Assembly: GCA_040285825.1 (NCBI GenBank)
Contig: JAUPSS010000004.1
Span: 310,001-374,000 of the forward strand
DNA from: Eukaryota sp. TZLM1-RC
Lineage: Eukaryota; Protista; Metamonada: BaSk clade
DNA length: 64,000 nucleotides
Direction: 5' to 3'
Shown here: piece after piece, positions 9,995 through 22,380 of the stretch
Numbering within the stretch: position 1 is the first letter of the stretch
Layout of the letters: each line of letters begins with the position of its first letter
Position numbers and translations under genes: made by a program
The notes under the pieces: model-generated
The model's input: only the letters and a program-made list of their open reading frames with translations
Databases searched by the model: none
Told to the model about the DNA's origin: nothing

Positions 9995-12290
9995 ATATTT
10001 ATTGAACATGCACACTTAATTAAAATAATTCATAACTGATGGGACGAATATCATTGAACCAAGATTTCCTCTACCAAATCTTGATCTGCTTGCTGTCTAG
10101 CTAAAGCTCCTCTTATTCGATTGAAAAACCGAGGTAATTTATCAATAATGGCACATTGAATTCGAGAACGCCATAAAAAATATCAAATCTTTTCATTGTT
10201 TTTTTTGAACCATTTTTTGGAAGTCATTCAAAAAAGTTTCTGCTTCAACTGATAATCTTCCGTTTATCGAAAATGGGATAGCACCAAAAAATAGCTGTGT
10301 ATTTCTTCCAGTATCAGCTTTTTCAATATCTTTATCATATTTTCTATGACTTTCCTTTGCTTTAAAATCAAGAGCACTCACAGGGTTGAGTTTTCTTCTG
10401 TGAAACAAAATATCATTTGCAACATTACATGAGACAAAGTCAACAATAGCTTCAGAACTATCAATCCAATCACAGTATACATCACCTCTATCATCAGAAC
10501 CAAACTTATTCAGAGAAAGTGTTTCCTTCAGCAGAGGCTAATTGATACACGATATTTTTGCAGTTTGTGCCATATTGAAAACAGTGTCTCTAACAGCATC
10601 ATGTAATGAAGAACGATAAGTTATTAATTTAGAACAATTCAGAGCATGGCGCAAAGTGAGTTGAGGTGAATTCGAACAAATACATTTTTCTTTTGATAAT
10701 AATTGATTAATGGGGATATTCAAATATATCTCATTTTTGTTACAAATGCTTCATTAGTGGCACACAATCCAAATCTTCGTGGTACAATGGTTACAAAAAG
10801 TGAAGAATCTGATGACTGGTTTTCACAAACACCCTTTTCCAATAACAATGAGTGAAGATCTTGATTTAAAACAGCCGAGCTGCATATATTATTATAAAGA
10901 TCATTTTCATACATTCCAGTCAATCGTTTCTGTAATGTTCGAAGAGTGTATTTTAAATTTAAAAGATTCTTGTCTGGAATATTGCCATTGAATGATTGGG
11001 GAATGGACGACTCCTTTTTTTACATCAATTTTTGAAATTTTGTCATTTAACGTAAAAACAGTGGAACTTTGCATTGTCATTAATAAATCTTTCCAATCTG
11101 CAAATCTTTCGGAAAACTCAAAGATTGCAATTCTGCATCCACTAATAAAAGCACACGAAGTAAGAATAGAAGCCTTCGTCCACCCTAAACCGCCATAATG
11201 TGGACTAAGATGAGCGTGATCTGAAATTTGGAACATTTTACATCCCAGTAATTGTGACAATACTTTTGTAAGTAACTTCTGGGCCAAAGGCCTAGTGATA
11301 AGAGGATTTGTAGATCGAAATATATGATTAAGGTTGAAACTAAAACACAGTCTTATAATGGTAAATTTGATATGTTTCTGTTTATCTAATTTCATCATTT
11401 CATCAATTTTTTCCGAAATTATGTTCAATTTATCAAACAATTTATTGGTAATTTCTTCATTATTTCCTAAAAACGAACCCACATGACGAATAGCATTATT
11501 TGAATTTAATTTGGCTTGAATTTCAATACCATCAACTATTGTGGAAACTGGAGAATTCGATAACAAAACACATTTAAGTAAATTAAGTCGGAGACCAATT
11601 TTGGTAAATAATTCTTTAAAACATACAAATGCTTCTTTCACAAAATTTAAATCACCTGTAAAAACAACATCATCCACATATGCAATCATTTTCAGCGAAG
11701 GAAACATCTCTTGAGTTTGTAATAAAATAGGATGAATGGACAAACAAAACAAAAGAGGTCCTAACGGATCTCCTTGCTTTACACCACTTGATGAACTCAA
11801 AATGGAATTACCAAAATGTAAATTAGAACTTGTGCTATATGTTGATTGAAAATACGGCATTAATTCCGGCATATATTGCAATAAAGCACCATGGATACTG
11901 CAACGACTGAGTGAATTGAATGCATTACTGAAATCCAATGACATACAAACATTGGATTCATTTTGGCGAAATAATACATCAGTAGCAAATATCGCTGAAA
12001 AGACTCCATCAGTGGTATTAATTCCATACTGAAAGGGCAATAAATTCGTTTGTGCTTTTTCATTGAACCTGCTTAAGCAGCAAGCAGAAGAAATATTATG
12101 TATGCACTCAGAGACTGCAATAGGAGGAACATCCATTTTTGAATTCTTGACAAATGCAGTCAAACGAGAACTTCTTAATTCTTCTGGGTATTTGAGTTGA
12201 CCGGTCAATATTCTATTGAAAAATTTAGTTAATAGAACAAGACAATCCTCTGATGAAATAATTGCGGCTTTTACATGATCAATCGAAAGA
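9995..12290 (-). mobile_element. CRE-like RLE non-LTR retrotransposon, family B (RT plus endonuclease), frameshifted and 5'-truncated
   Basis: RT motifs PIAVSE, LDFSNAFNS, SGVKQGDPLGPLLF, AYVDD and GGLG, followed by a CxC..H..C zinc finger and DDRGD RLE. Confidence 0.92.
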
Positions 12291-12499
12291 CCTATCCAAC
12301 TAAAACCATAAAAATGATAATGCGTCTTATTTCATTAATGGCGCAGTATGATAGATTTACCACAGTGATTGTTGTCAATGTCTTTAGAATTGTGTCGAAG
12401 AATCTGTCAGAGGGTTTTGATTCTGCGTTTAGTTGATTTCTTCATCTCGCCCTAGCTGCGTTTTCAATTTTTGACTCAGACACTTTCCTCTAAGCTGAC

Positions 12500-15016
12500 G
12501 TCTTGTCTGTCACCTCTATACATTATTTCTCACAATTGCAATGCATTTTCCTTCCCTTCAGATGAATTTATCAGCTGAAGCTCTTTCTGCTTTTAACTGT
12601 TCATGCTGTCTAGGTCTGCTCAAATCTCCTGTTTCCCTTTCATGCGGTAAGTATACATGTGACCAATGCTAATTACAGGACATTCTTTTTGTAAATCTTG
12701 TATTGAATCATGGTGCAAAGATCACAAAAACTGTCCATCCTGCCGTGCCTCTGTTGAACACGCATCTTTCAATGTCAACGTAGTGATGATGAACATTCTC
12801 GATCAAATGCTAAAAGGTACAGCGATTGACCCCTCAAAGCTGACTGATGTCAAGTTGATCAAATGCCTTTCCGATTGCAATGTACTTGCTGCTAGGTTCA
12901 ACGAGTCGCCTGTCCTTTGGTTTCAATATCGGAGAGAAGGAAACGATAGTCTAGTTTCTATCGCTAACGACCATTTCAACCTCTTCCAGTCTCTCGGCAC
13001 TTCTGACAACCTTCCACAAGTCCATGGCATTACCCACAACCCTGCTGGTATTGTCACTCAAAAGCTTGACGCTTTTGCATCTGAAATACTAGATGATCTG
13101 TCCAATGGTAGCAAGCTCAAGCTCCTGAAAGAGGCTGCCAAATCTCTAAACTCACTTCACTCGAACGACTTGATCCACGGCCACATTCATCCTGATAATG
13201 TCTTGGTGGATATCAATAACGAAGGAGTTAAACTTGCTTGCCTTTCTCCCGTCCATTATAAACCAGCTGATTCTCCAGTTGAGAAGAATGTTGTGTTGAA
13301 TGTCCCTTTTATTGCACCCGAAATCATCACTGGAAAAACAACCAAAACAACCAAATCTGCTGATGTGTATGCCCTGGGTTTGTTTTTTTGTCGTGTTTTG
13401 ATTGGAAAAGACTTTATTAATGAAGGTTATTTCGAATTATTATCAAAAATGATTGAAAACAATGGTCTTGCTCCTGTCAACTATGATCAATTACCTAAAA
13501 AAGTTACTGATTTAGTAAAAAGAATGTTACAACAAGACCCTGGTACTCGACCTTCTAGTTCAACACTTCTTGAGGAACTCAATGATCTACCCTCTCTCCA
13601 ACCAGACTCTGATGGCAATGATGATGACAACAGTGGTATATCTTCTTCAGTTTTACTTGCTCTATTTAGAGATTTAATAGGAGGAGGAAATTCTGATGAT
13701 TCTGATGATGAAGGCGATTTAGACTTTAAACAAGCAATTACTGCAGCAAAATTAGGTAACGCTAAGGCCATGTTCAACGTTGGCCAAAGCTATCGATTAG
13801 GGGACGATGGGGTACAACAATCCCATGAAAAGAGTCTGCATTGGTACCTCAAAGCAGGAGAGAATGGTTGTCCAGCAGGATATCACCAAGCTGGTTTGTG
13901 CTATCTCCGTGGTCTTGGGACTCGTCAAGATGAAAAGAAAGCTGTTGAACTGTTTCTAAAAGCAGCAAATCATGAGGAACGCCTTTCACACCCTGCCTAC
14001 CTCTTGGGCGTATGTCCCATACCCTAACCCTAACTCTAGGTTTGCTATGAACAAGGGAGAGGTGTACCAAAAGATGATCGTCAGCGGTATGTTATGGGGA
14101 TCAACAACTGACTAACCTTAGTTTTCACTGGTGTATGTCCTTTGATTCTATTCCTAACCAAAGATAACGAAGCTGCTGCTAGGGGTGATATGGATGCTGA
14201 GATGGAAAAGGGTATTTGTCTCAAGCATGGTATTGGATGTGATCAGGACAATTCCGCTGCTTATACTTGTTTTGTCAATGCAAGCAATGCAGGAATCGCT
14301 CGACCCTTGTACTTTTTGGGCATCATGGCTGCCACTGGCCAAGGATGCGATCAAGATTATCCAGCAGCATTTAATTACTTCAAAACTGCTGCTGAAAAAG
14401 GAGTTACTGATGCTTATTACAACCTGGCTGTTTACTATGAGTTAGGAAGAGGCACAGAGAAGAATGATCAGCAACGATTTTATTGGTGTTTGCTCTTTTT
14501 ATTTTGCTTATTACAGACAAAAAAAGTGGAGAAGCTGGTGAACCAAAGGGAATTTGCGAAACTGCTATTTGGTATGGTCTCTTTCATTGGTTCTTTATAT
14601 GCTAACCTTAGTTATATGACTGGTGCTGGTGTTGGAAGGGATTACAATGAAGGCTTTAGGTTGTTCCAACAAGCCCATGATATGGGTAATAGATCAGCTA
14701 CTGTCAAGCTTGGCCATGCTTATGAAGAGGGTCATGGATGTAGAAAGAACAATGAAAAGGCTTTTGAAATGTATAAGATGGCCGCAGAAGCAGAAGTAAC
14801 AGAAGGAATGATTCATTTGGCACGTTGCTATGGTAAAGGTATTGGTACGAAAAAGGATAAGAAGAAGGAAAACCAATGGCTTTTAAAGGTCAGTGGCAAG
14901 TTGTAAATAGTTTGGTTTGATTTTTTGGTTATTGTGTAAATATTTTCGTTTTTGTTTTCTTCATTCAGAATGGTTTTTGCAAATTGGTTTATTTATTTTT
15001 CACTATTCTTCAGACA
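12500..15016 (+). repeat. Segmental duplication, left arm (inverted relative to 34591-37105)
   Basis: Near-identical reverse complement of 34591-37105, including introns and short flanks. Confidence 0.95.
12541..14906 (+). CDS. RING finger - pseudokinase - SEL1-repeat protein, copy 1 (introns 12647-12678, 14010-14039, 14087-14121, 14133-14163, 14488-14516, 14572-14611; start may be 12562)
   Basis: Splicing gives a C3HC4 RING (CSCC..SCGHSFCKSC..CPSCR), a kinase fold with HGHIHPDN, APE and DVYALG, and contiguous SEL1 repeats (e.g. RFHWYNEAAARG, RFYWYKKSGEAG). Confidence 0.9.
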
Positions 15017-16477
15017 TATGTGATAAAAAAGGTTAATTTTATTTTACCTATAATTAAACATGTTTCAAACTGTACAACATTTATAATATAAAAGACGTGT
15101 TATAGATTTTTTTGAACATAAGGCTATACCCAAAAAATTGAGGAAATTCCTGTAAATTATTCATGTCATACTAAACGATTGTTGGTCACTCTTCCAACAT
15201 GAACTTTAGAAGTGGATCGGCTCAACAAAAGAAATAAGTTTACTATTGCAGACAACTAATCAAACGGGTGTGTCATAATGAAATGAGATACTGAGGAGAA
15301 AATAGATCAAATCATCTCAGATTTCTTTTGATATAACGATAAAGAATCAGATTAATTGTTTACAAATAGTTGTCCCTAATAAGGGACATCACTAATGAAG
15401 TCTGTGATATAAATTTGTTCTAGACTAAGAAAGTGTCTCTGTTTATGATAAACACATTTAATAAGTCTTATTTGACTCTGCCTAGTACAAGGTATTGCAG
15501 TGTTCTTAATCATTTGTGATACCCAATAATGGATACTGAGGATATAAAATTTGAATACAAGTTAAATAACAAACAGGACTTTAACACAAAATTCTGGAAA
15601 AGCCAGAAAAAAGTGAAAAGTACAAGAGTCAAAATAAGGCCTTAAACACAAATAAATTTTAAATTTTTTTTTGAGACCGTTTGCTGCTCCTCTTTATGTA
15701 AGCTTCGGTCCTAGTGGAACAAAATTTTTAATATTTCTCAGTTTGCACGAGTATGTCTCAATATAGGAATAATTTTTTATGAAACAATATGGGGAAAATG
15801 CAATATTGATCATGAAAATAAATAAAAAAATCAGCATTCATTTTTTCTGTTTTGTGTAATTTTAATTTTGATAGAACTGGTTACCTTTGGGACAATAGCA
15901 CACCTTTTTTGACCTTCATGTATTGATCACAAATTATCACACTGCACATCATTGCAATTTTGTTGATGAAGCAACAAAGGAACACTTTCATGAACCAAAA
16001 ATTTGTTCAAACAAAGTAAAGAAATTCATTATCGATTATTGGTTGATTGTTGCAGTGTCAAGTTCTGTGATATATTTTGTAATAAGAATCACGAAATTTG
16101 AAAATTTTATTATATAAAGATTTTGCAAAGGTAGGGACTGGTCTTCTCATAGAATGTACTTCACTGATGGTAAAACTAGTTTTTGCTTTATAATGTTCAT
16201 TTCATGATGATTGATGTCTTTGTGACTTTGTCTCCAGTTCCCAGGTGTTGTAATTGAAGTGTTAAATTTGAAGAACCGCTATGAACGCTAAATCATAAAC
16301 AAAACTGATGGAAATAGAGTTATAATTGGTTATCAGTAATTACCATTTCAATTCATAATTGTTTTTTATATTTTATTAAATTTTCATTTATGAAATTTGT
16401 TGTGCTCAATAAACATGGTAATAAATAATAATAATAATAAATAAACCCCGTAATTGTACATTCCTCAAACAATAGAG

Positions 16478-18493
16478 TTACAGTAAATTCAACAATATCC
16501 TTGCCATAACATTCTTATAGTCCTCAGGTGCCCCTTCATTGGCAATTTTCTCCAGAAATCTCTGTATCTCCTGACAAAAAGTAGTGTTGTTTTCAGAAAA
16601 TTCTTCGATTTGTTCAGCAAATGTCTCTGAAGCAGGATGATTCAAGATTTTATACTTGATTAAATCAATTTCATCACAAAAAGGCACCACCTCCTTGATT
16701 GCTGAAGGATGCCTACCACCTGGACAATCCTCATAATCCCATGGTGAGAGTAGGTTTGGTCCCTGAAGATCAGGATCAGCGACAACGTAATTACCCTCAC
16801 CATCTTTGTCTAACAATACTCCGCCCATTGTTTCAAAGCCAGGTACTTTTGAAAAATGACCATAAACTAAAAAAGGATGGTAATCAACACTCAATGGCAA
16901 ATATTTGTTTCCATTCCTTCCTACCACTAACCCAGATTCACTGGCGAAAGGAATGAGTACTGTACTACCTACAGGGGGTACTTCTTTGTTGAGGGCATGT
17001 GCAACAACATCCAAGGGTAGCAAATATTCACACGTATCAGCCAGCATTCGAGGTAGGAAAGGGATTGTGAGTGATGTCCCATTGTTGAGTTGTAACTTAA
17101 CCATTCTCCAATATTTTCGCTCAGAAATTTTCACCTTGCCTGTCTTAAATGATTTTGGAAGCTTATTGACTGACTGAATCACTCCCTCAATAAAACCATG
17201 TGAATTACCATTGAAATTGAATTGATGTGGTGAATTATTGAATTTTACGCCAAATTCTCTTGAATAGTACTTGTAAAATCTTTTCAGCCCTTCAGGAATT
17301 AGAGCAATTCCAGTACCTTTTGTAACCCAAAGTGAATCACGGTCTGCGTAGTTTGAGTGGTTATTTAAGGGGCGCACTTCAAAAGAAGATTCATAACATG
17401 ATGGATCCATTGCAACAGAATCTTTTTCTAGTTGAAAGTCTAATCCATCAGTTGATTGATGATTTGATTGATGATTTAATATCTTATCTTCTTCATCACT
17501 TAATTGTTCATTTGATTGATGATTTGATTGTGGTTGAGTGTCAGGTAAATCAGTATCAGTAGGAGTATCATCAGTGCATGAAGTAACCACAGTTTGGCCT
17601 GATTTGATATTTGGATTATCATAATGAGCGGTTGTTGATTCCTCAGGTTGAGGATCATTTTTGGGTTCTGCTTCTTGCAAGATTTCTTTTACAGGACTTG
17701 TATTGTAATTTTTACCGAGTTGAGGAAATTCTTTGATATTTGTGGGAGACGGACATGATTCATCCTGATGTGACCAAGAAACAGTTTGATCTATTACAAA
17801 AATTGGTGGTGAAGAAGCTTCAGAATCCATCAACTCAATTTGATTGGAAGAATGGTTGACTTTGTGAGCAGCAATTTTTGAATTTGATTGAGTTGATGAT
17901 TGATTACCCTCTACTTTCGAAATTGGACTGGAAGAAATGCCCTTGCTCAATAATTGTACAGTTGATTGATTTTGAGAATTGTCAGCACAATTTCCTGATG
18001 ATTGCCCATTTGATTGACTTTTTGATTGCCCATTTGATTGACTTTTTGATTGACTTTTTGATTGACTCTGAGGATGAACTCTGGATTGGTTCTTGGGCAT
18101 TTGGCTATTTGTCTTTTTTATCGAATCGACATCATTGTTTTTCCTTCTTTTCCTACTTACCCAATCCCCATAAACAAATGGAGGAAGTTCATCACAGGAA
18201 GACCAATTATCATCAGGTTCCAGCCATTGTGAGATTAGTGGTTGACTTTCCTTTTTGGGTTGAGTAGGGGTTGGGGGTTGGGGTGAAGGGTGTTGAAGAC
18301 CAAAACCGACCAAGCCTTGGAGTTTCTGAACAAGTTCGGGCTTTTGAGCACTCTTCTTGTAGGTCCACTTATTGACCTCCAAAACGGTAAGTATTTCTGT
18401 TCGAGTTAGCTGTTGTAGATCATCAACAGTGATGGTCTTGCGAGGATCAGTAAGTTGGTAGTAAAGAGTGGAGTATGACTTACTAGATGGCAT
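16478..18493 (-). CDS. Hypothetical 671-aa protein with an N-terminal HeH/LEM-like motif, an S/Q/N-rich linker and an unknown C-terminal domain
   Basis: Long ORF. LQQLTRTEILTVLEVNKWTYKKSAQKPELVQKL resembles the HeH/LEM/SAP helix-extension-helix motif. Confidence 0.7.
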   Translation of the reverse strand: MPSSKSYSTLYYQLTDPRKTITVDDLQQLTRTEILTVLEVNKWTYKKSAQKPELVQKLQGLVGFGLQHPSPQPPTPTQPKKESQPLISQWLEPDDNWSSCDELPPFVYGDWVSRKRRKNNDVDSIKKTNSQMPKNQSRVHPQSQSKSQSKSQSNGQSKSQSNGQSSGNCADNSQNQSTVQLLSKGISSSPISKVEGNQSSTQSNSKIAAHKVNHSSNQIELMDSEASSPPIFVIDQTVSWSHQDESCPSPTNIKEFPQLGKNYNTSPVKEILQEAEPKNDPQPEESTTAHYDNPNIKSGQTVVTSCTDDTPTDTDLPDTQPQSNHQSNEQLSDEEDKILNHQSNHQSTDGLDFQLEKDSVAMDPSCYESSFEVRPLNNHSNYADRDSLWVTKGTGIALIPEGLKRFYKYYSREFGVKFNNSPHQFNFNGNSHGFIEGVIQSVNKLPKSFKTGKVKISERKYWRMVKLQLNNGTSLTIPFLPRMLADTCEYLLPLDVVAHALNKEVPPVGSTVLIPFASESGLVVGRNGNKYLPLSVDYHPFLVYGHFSKVPGFETMGGVLLDKDGEGNYVVADPDLQGPNLLSPWDYEDCPGGRHPSAIKEVVPFCDEIDLIKYKILNHPASETFAEQIEEFSENNTTFCQEIQRFLEKIANEGAPEDYKNVMARILLNLL
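18000..18070. repeat. Coding 12-bp minisatellite (GATTGACTTTTT / GATTGCCCATTT) encoding QSKS/QSNG
   Basis: Tandem units are visible directly. Confidence 0.85.
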
Positions 18494-18871
18494 GTAAATG
18501 TTGATGAAGCTGGTGCAGGTAAATTAGCAAAATGTTCAATGACGAATACTATTCTGTATCAAAGAGGTTCTTGCCAATAGCTTCATCAATAGATGAATAG
18601 CTGTCTCTATGTCTCTGCAATACGTGAACAGTGCTTATTACTTAATCTCCTACATGAGTATGGTTTCATAATCTCCACATTTGGGAGCACAAATTGCATT
18701 ATGTTGTGTTTAAGTGAAACAAGTACGATAATCGGCGCTCATATCCTCAATCAAAATTTAAATGAAGCTATTCCATCATAGGGAAATTTCTTAGTTTATT
18801 TAAATAGTTAATCTCAGTGTTTCAGCATTCACTGCTGCTACAAGCTCACCACTTCTAATATAGCCCGAATT

Positions 18872-19924
18872 TTAATTTAAATTAGTAACATACAAAACAC
18901 TTACAGACTGATCAAAAGAACTACAAACCGCTAATCCTGGCTTATTAGGATGCCAATCAAAAGAGCAAACTGGCTGACTACTTATAGTTTGCTCAGTTAT
19001 CAACTCAACCTTCCCTGCCACTCCTTCCTCTTTCTTTGAATTTGCATCAATCACAGTACGTTCCTTGGGATACCTATACCTCCACAGTTTGACCTCTCCA
19101 GTCCCACCAGTTGATGCAAAAACATCCCTCGACGATGGTAAGTGTCTTGCCCTCCAAACAGTCCCATTATGTACTTTTTTCTTAACAAAAGCAAATCCCT
19201 TTTCCTCACTGTGAGTTTTCAAATCATAAACATTGACAAACCCGTCAAGATTAGTGACAACCAGTTTGTTTTTCTCCTTATTTAAACTATCAAATTCAAG
19301 ATTGACAGCTCCACCCCCAACATTAGTCTGCCACAAAATACCACCCATTCTCAAATCAACTACCTTAACATCACCATTATCATACCCACATGCCATTATT
19401 CTATCAAATGCAGAAGTGGCTCCTCCAAACGAAACTCCCCAACACTCTCTTTTTTGAGAGTCTTGGTTAGGGGTGATGTCAACAACAGGACCATCAGTTT
19501 GCCTGAAATCCCAAACCTTGGCTGTACCATCAGCACCAGCAGTAACTGCTTCAGAAGCTCCATGAGCAGTAACAGGACCACATCCGGCTATGGCGTGGAT
19601 AATACCATTATGTGCAGGAACGTTGAATAATGATTTGGATGGACATTCTGGATCCACTAGTAGAAGTTGACCTCCCGTATCTGCAAAAGCAATGTGGCGT
19701 TCATTTGTGGAAGCGTTGAAGGTTCCGCATTTAATGGGTTTTGAATGTTCATAACTGATAAGATTTTCAAGCTTTCCTTCATACATTTTGTAAACAGAGA
19801 AAGCACCAAGGTCACGTGGGGTTCCTCCCATAAGAACAAAGCGGGTTGAATAAGGAACCCATGCAGTATCAAAAGGAGTAACAAAGAGGGACTCACGGAT
19901 ATGCTCCACAATGGAAGTTCTCAT
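18872..19924 (-). CDS. DNAAF10: Dynein axonemal assembly factor 10 (WD-repeat protein 92)
   Basis: T.FD..WVP.S.RFV.MG, KCGTF, KVWD.RQ, GYDNGDVK..DLR, TVW..RHLP..RD.F, LWRY.YP..R and QPV.SFDW motifs. Confidence 0.93.
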   Translation of the reverse strand: MRTSIVEHIRESLFVTPFDTAWVPYSTRFVLMGGTPRDLGAFSVYKMYEGKLENLISYEHSKPIKCGTFNASTNERHIAFADTGGQLLLVDPECPSKSLFNVPAHNGIIHAIAGCGPVTAHGASEAVTAGADGTAKVWDFRQTDGPVVDITPNQDSQKRECWGVSFGGATSAFDRIMACGYDNGDVKVVDLRMGGILWQTNVGGGAVNLEFDSLNKEKNKLVVTNLDGFVNVYDLKTHSEEKGFAFVKKKVHNGTVWRARHLPSSRDVFASTGGTGEVKLWRYRYPKERTVIDANSKKEEGVAGKVELITEQTISSQPVCSFDWHPNKPGLAVCSSFDQSVSVLYVTNLN

Positions 19925-20093
19925 GTGGATAAAGATGTCAGGCTAATTGTAATTCAGTAGCTGAATTTCGGCTCCATAAAATATCATTCTTCCAATAAAG
20001 CTTGTCCATCCATGTTTGTCTTGTCATTCATAATTAGTTACAAGACATGTTTTCCTCATTAGTCTTTACCCTGTCTACTTCACTTTCTACAAT

Positions 20094-21173
20094 ATGCCAA
20101 CCTTTTTTGAAGAACTTAGTTTGTATAGCTTTGTCAACGCTGATTCCGCTAATCTTGATGAACTTGAGAATCTCAAGGAGAACAACATTGCTCCACATGG
20201 TATGTCTATCATTTCATCTTATCAGAGACGTTACCACTAATCCTACACTTATTCTCAAAGCATACAATGAATCAGAAAAAACTAAGAAACTTGTAGATGA
20301 AGTTGTAGCTGCAATGAATGCATCAGGAGTTTCAGAAGACCATATCGAAGACGCTATGGATCATATTGCCGTTTCTGTAGGATGTGAAGTCCTTAAGCTT
20401 ATCAAGGGCAAGGTAAGTACTGAACTTGATGCCAGATATTCATTTTCCACCGAAAAAACAATTGAACAAGGAAGAAAGATCATTTCTCTTTATGAATCCA
20501 ATGGTGTTGCACGTGATCGTGTTTTGCTCAAGATTGCTTCAACCTGGGAAGGCATTCAGGCTATCAAACAGCTGCAAAAGGAAAACATTAATTGCAACGC
20601 CACACTCATATTTTCCCTGCCCCAAGCCCTCGCTGCTGCAGATGCTCGTGCTTTTGTTGTTTCTCCCTTTGTTGGTGTGTTCTCCTTTTCCAACTCATTC
20701 TAGGTCGTATTTCTGATTGGTATAAGACAAGAGAGTTTGAAACAAGCCAGGACGCTGGTGTGCTGCTCGTGAAATCAGTATTTACGGCTTTAAAGAAGCT
20801 TGGTTCTCGTACAGAAGTCATGGCTGCTTCCTTTCGTTCTCTTGACCAAGCTTTATGTTTGACTGGTGCTGACATGATTACTCTCAACCCCAAGTTCATT
20901 CATGAGCTGGGAGAACGCCAAGGGGAACTTGAAAGAGTTTTGGATCCTACCTCTGCTCTTTCTTCAGATATTCCCATTAAGCATCTTGACGAAAGTAGCT
21001 TTAGATGGGTTTTGAATGAGAATACCATGGCAAGTGATTTACTTTCTGATGGAATAAGGAAGTTTGCTAACGATGCCAAAACTCTTGAAAATGTTGTTAG
21101 GGATCGTTTTTCCTTACCAAAAATTAAGGAGGCTGTTAATCCTGAAGAATTTACTGCCGGAATAGGTTTTTAG
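20094..21173 (+). CDS. TALDO1: Transaldolase (introns 20200-20227 and 20675-20703)
   Basis: The spliced product contains ADS, DVTTNPTLI, GKVSTELDAR, LLKIASTWEGI, NATLIFS, SPFVGRI and VMAASFR. Confidence 0.93.
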
Positions 21174-21411
21174 TTGTAAATATTGATAAAAAAAGTTGAA
21201 AATTTGATTTACTGATAACTTGAATTATGTACATAAAAAGAAAACAAAAAAACCTGGAAATTGGAGAGATACGATAAACAAAACAAATTCTTAAAGACAA
21301 ATAGTGAAATAAAAATCCAAAAAAATGAGACACAACTCCAATCAATGATTCAACAACGAATGATAAATCTCCAATGATTGAAAAACCCTAATAATATCCT
21401 CCCATTAATTA

Positions 21412-22380
21412 TCATTGTTTCAATAATTCAGCTGAAACAACTCTAGGGCTGGGAGGAGGGGTGCGATTAACAGGAGTAAACGAACGCACTCTCATAAAAG
21501 ACAAACTTCCCTTCAAAGGCCTATCCAAATGTTGACCTTTTACCGCTGAAATGGGTCGTTGGTTCTCAATAGCTCTGGTCAAGGAGATTCTTGACGACCT
21601 TCTCCCAGTGAACAAATTATTACTGGATCCTGATCTACCAAAGCTGGTATTGCTACATCTTATTGGACAACTACCCATAACTTCCAATGGTTCTTCTCTG
21701 CTGCCAGACCGCTTAAACTCTTTCACTGAGTGTGATGATACCGGAGGAGAAGAGACAGGAGATGATCGCAGAGCAGGTGGTGGTGGATAAGGGGAGGGGG
21801 ATTTGGAAATAGGCGACACGGTCATAGATGGCGATTTTGGGGGTGAAGATGTAGGGAAAGTACTGGGAAGGGGTGCTTGCCGGGGTACTTTGGACACCTT
21901 TACAGAGGGCTTTCTAGGTGCCTCAGGAAGCAAAGCAGCATAGTCAGAAGGGAGAGAAGTGGAATGGAGAACGAGAGAAGGTTGAGAAGGAGGTGATCGA
22001 CATGGGTTAGGGTTAGTGCTAGGGTTGGGAATGGATTCAATGATGGACAAACCCAGAGGAGAGGTCGGTGGACTACAAGAGGTAATAATTAAAGATTTAT
22101 TAGCCCTTAATGTCTTGTTTCGTGGAGTTGAAGTTGGAACACGTAGTGGGGAACTAGTAGGGCGTGTCCTAGATGAAGAGTTGCCACGAGAGGAGAGAGG
22201 TATGCATTGAAGTGAAGGGTTGACCCCATATACATCACTCAATATGTGTGAATCAGGGTCTATTGAAAGTTTACAAGTCTTGGATCGTCTTCTATGTACA
22301 GGACAAATAACTGTTCGTTTGTAGTTGTCAAGTCTTAATGTAGAATCTTCTTCAACAATCACGTCAATGGAATGAGCCAT
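21412..22380 (-). CDS. Hypothetical Pro/Ser-rich disordered protein
   Basis: Open frame with low-complexity composition. ATG 22380 is the first true Met. Confidence 0.65.
   Translation of the reverse strand: MAHSIDVIVEEDSTLRLDNYKRTVICPVHRRRSKTCKLSIDPDSHILSDVYGVNPSLQCIPLSSRGNSSSRTRPTSSPLRVPTSTPRNKTLRANKSLIITSCSPPTSPLGLSIIESIPNPSTNPNPCRSPPSQPSLVLHSTSLPSDYAALLPEAPRKPSVKVSKVPRQAPLPSTFPTSSPPKSPSMTVSPISKSPSPYPPPPALRSSPVSSPPVSSHSVKEFKRSGSREEPLEVMGSCPIRCSNTSFGRSGSSNNLFTGRRSSRISLTRAIENQRPISAVKGQHLDRPLKGSLSFMRVRSFTPVNRTPPPSPRVVSAELLKQ

Noticed and set aside
14021-14035. Telomere-like CCCTAACCCTAA (also TTAGGG-like runs at about 7068-7093 and 22003-22030)
   Set aside because: Only about two units, explained by an intron branch point or by Pro/Thr/Asn codons.
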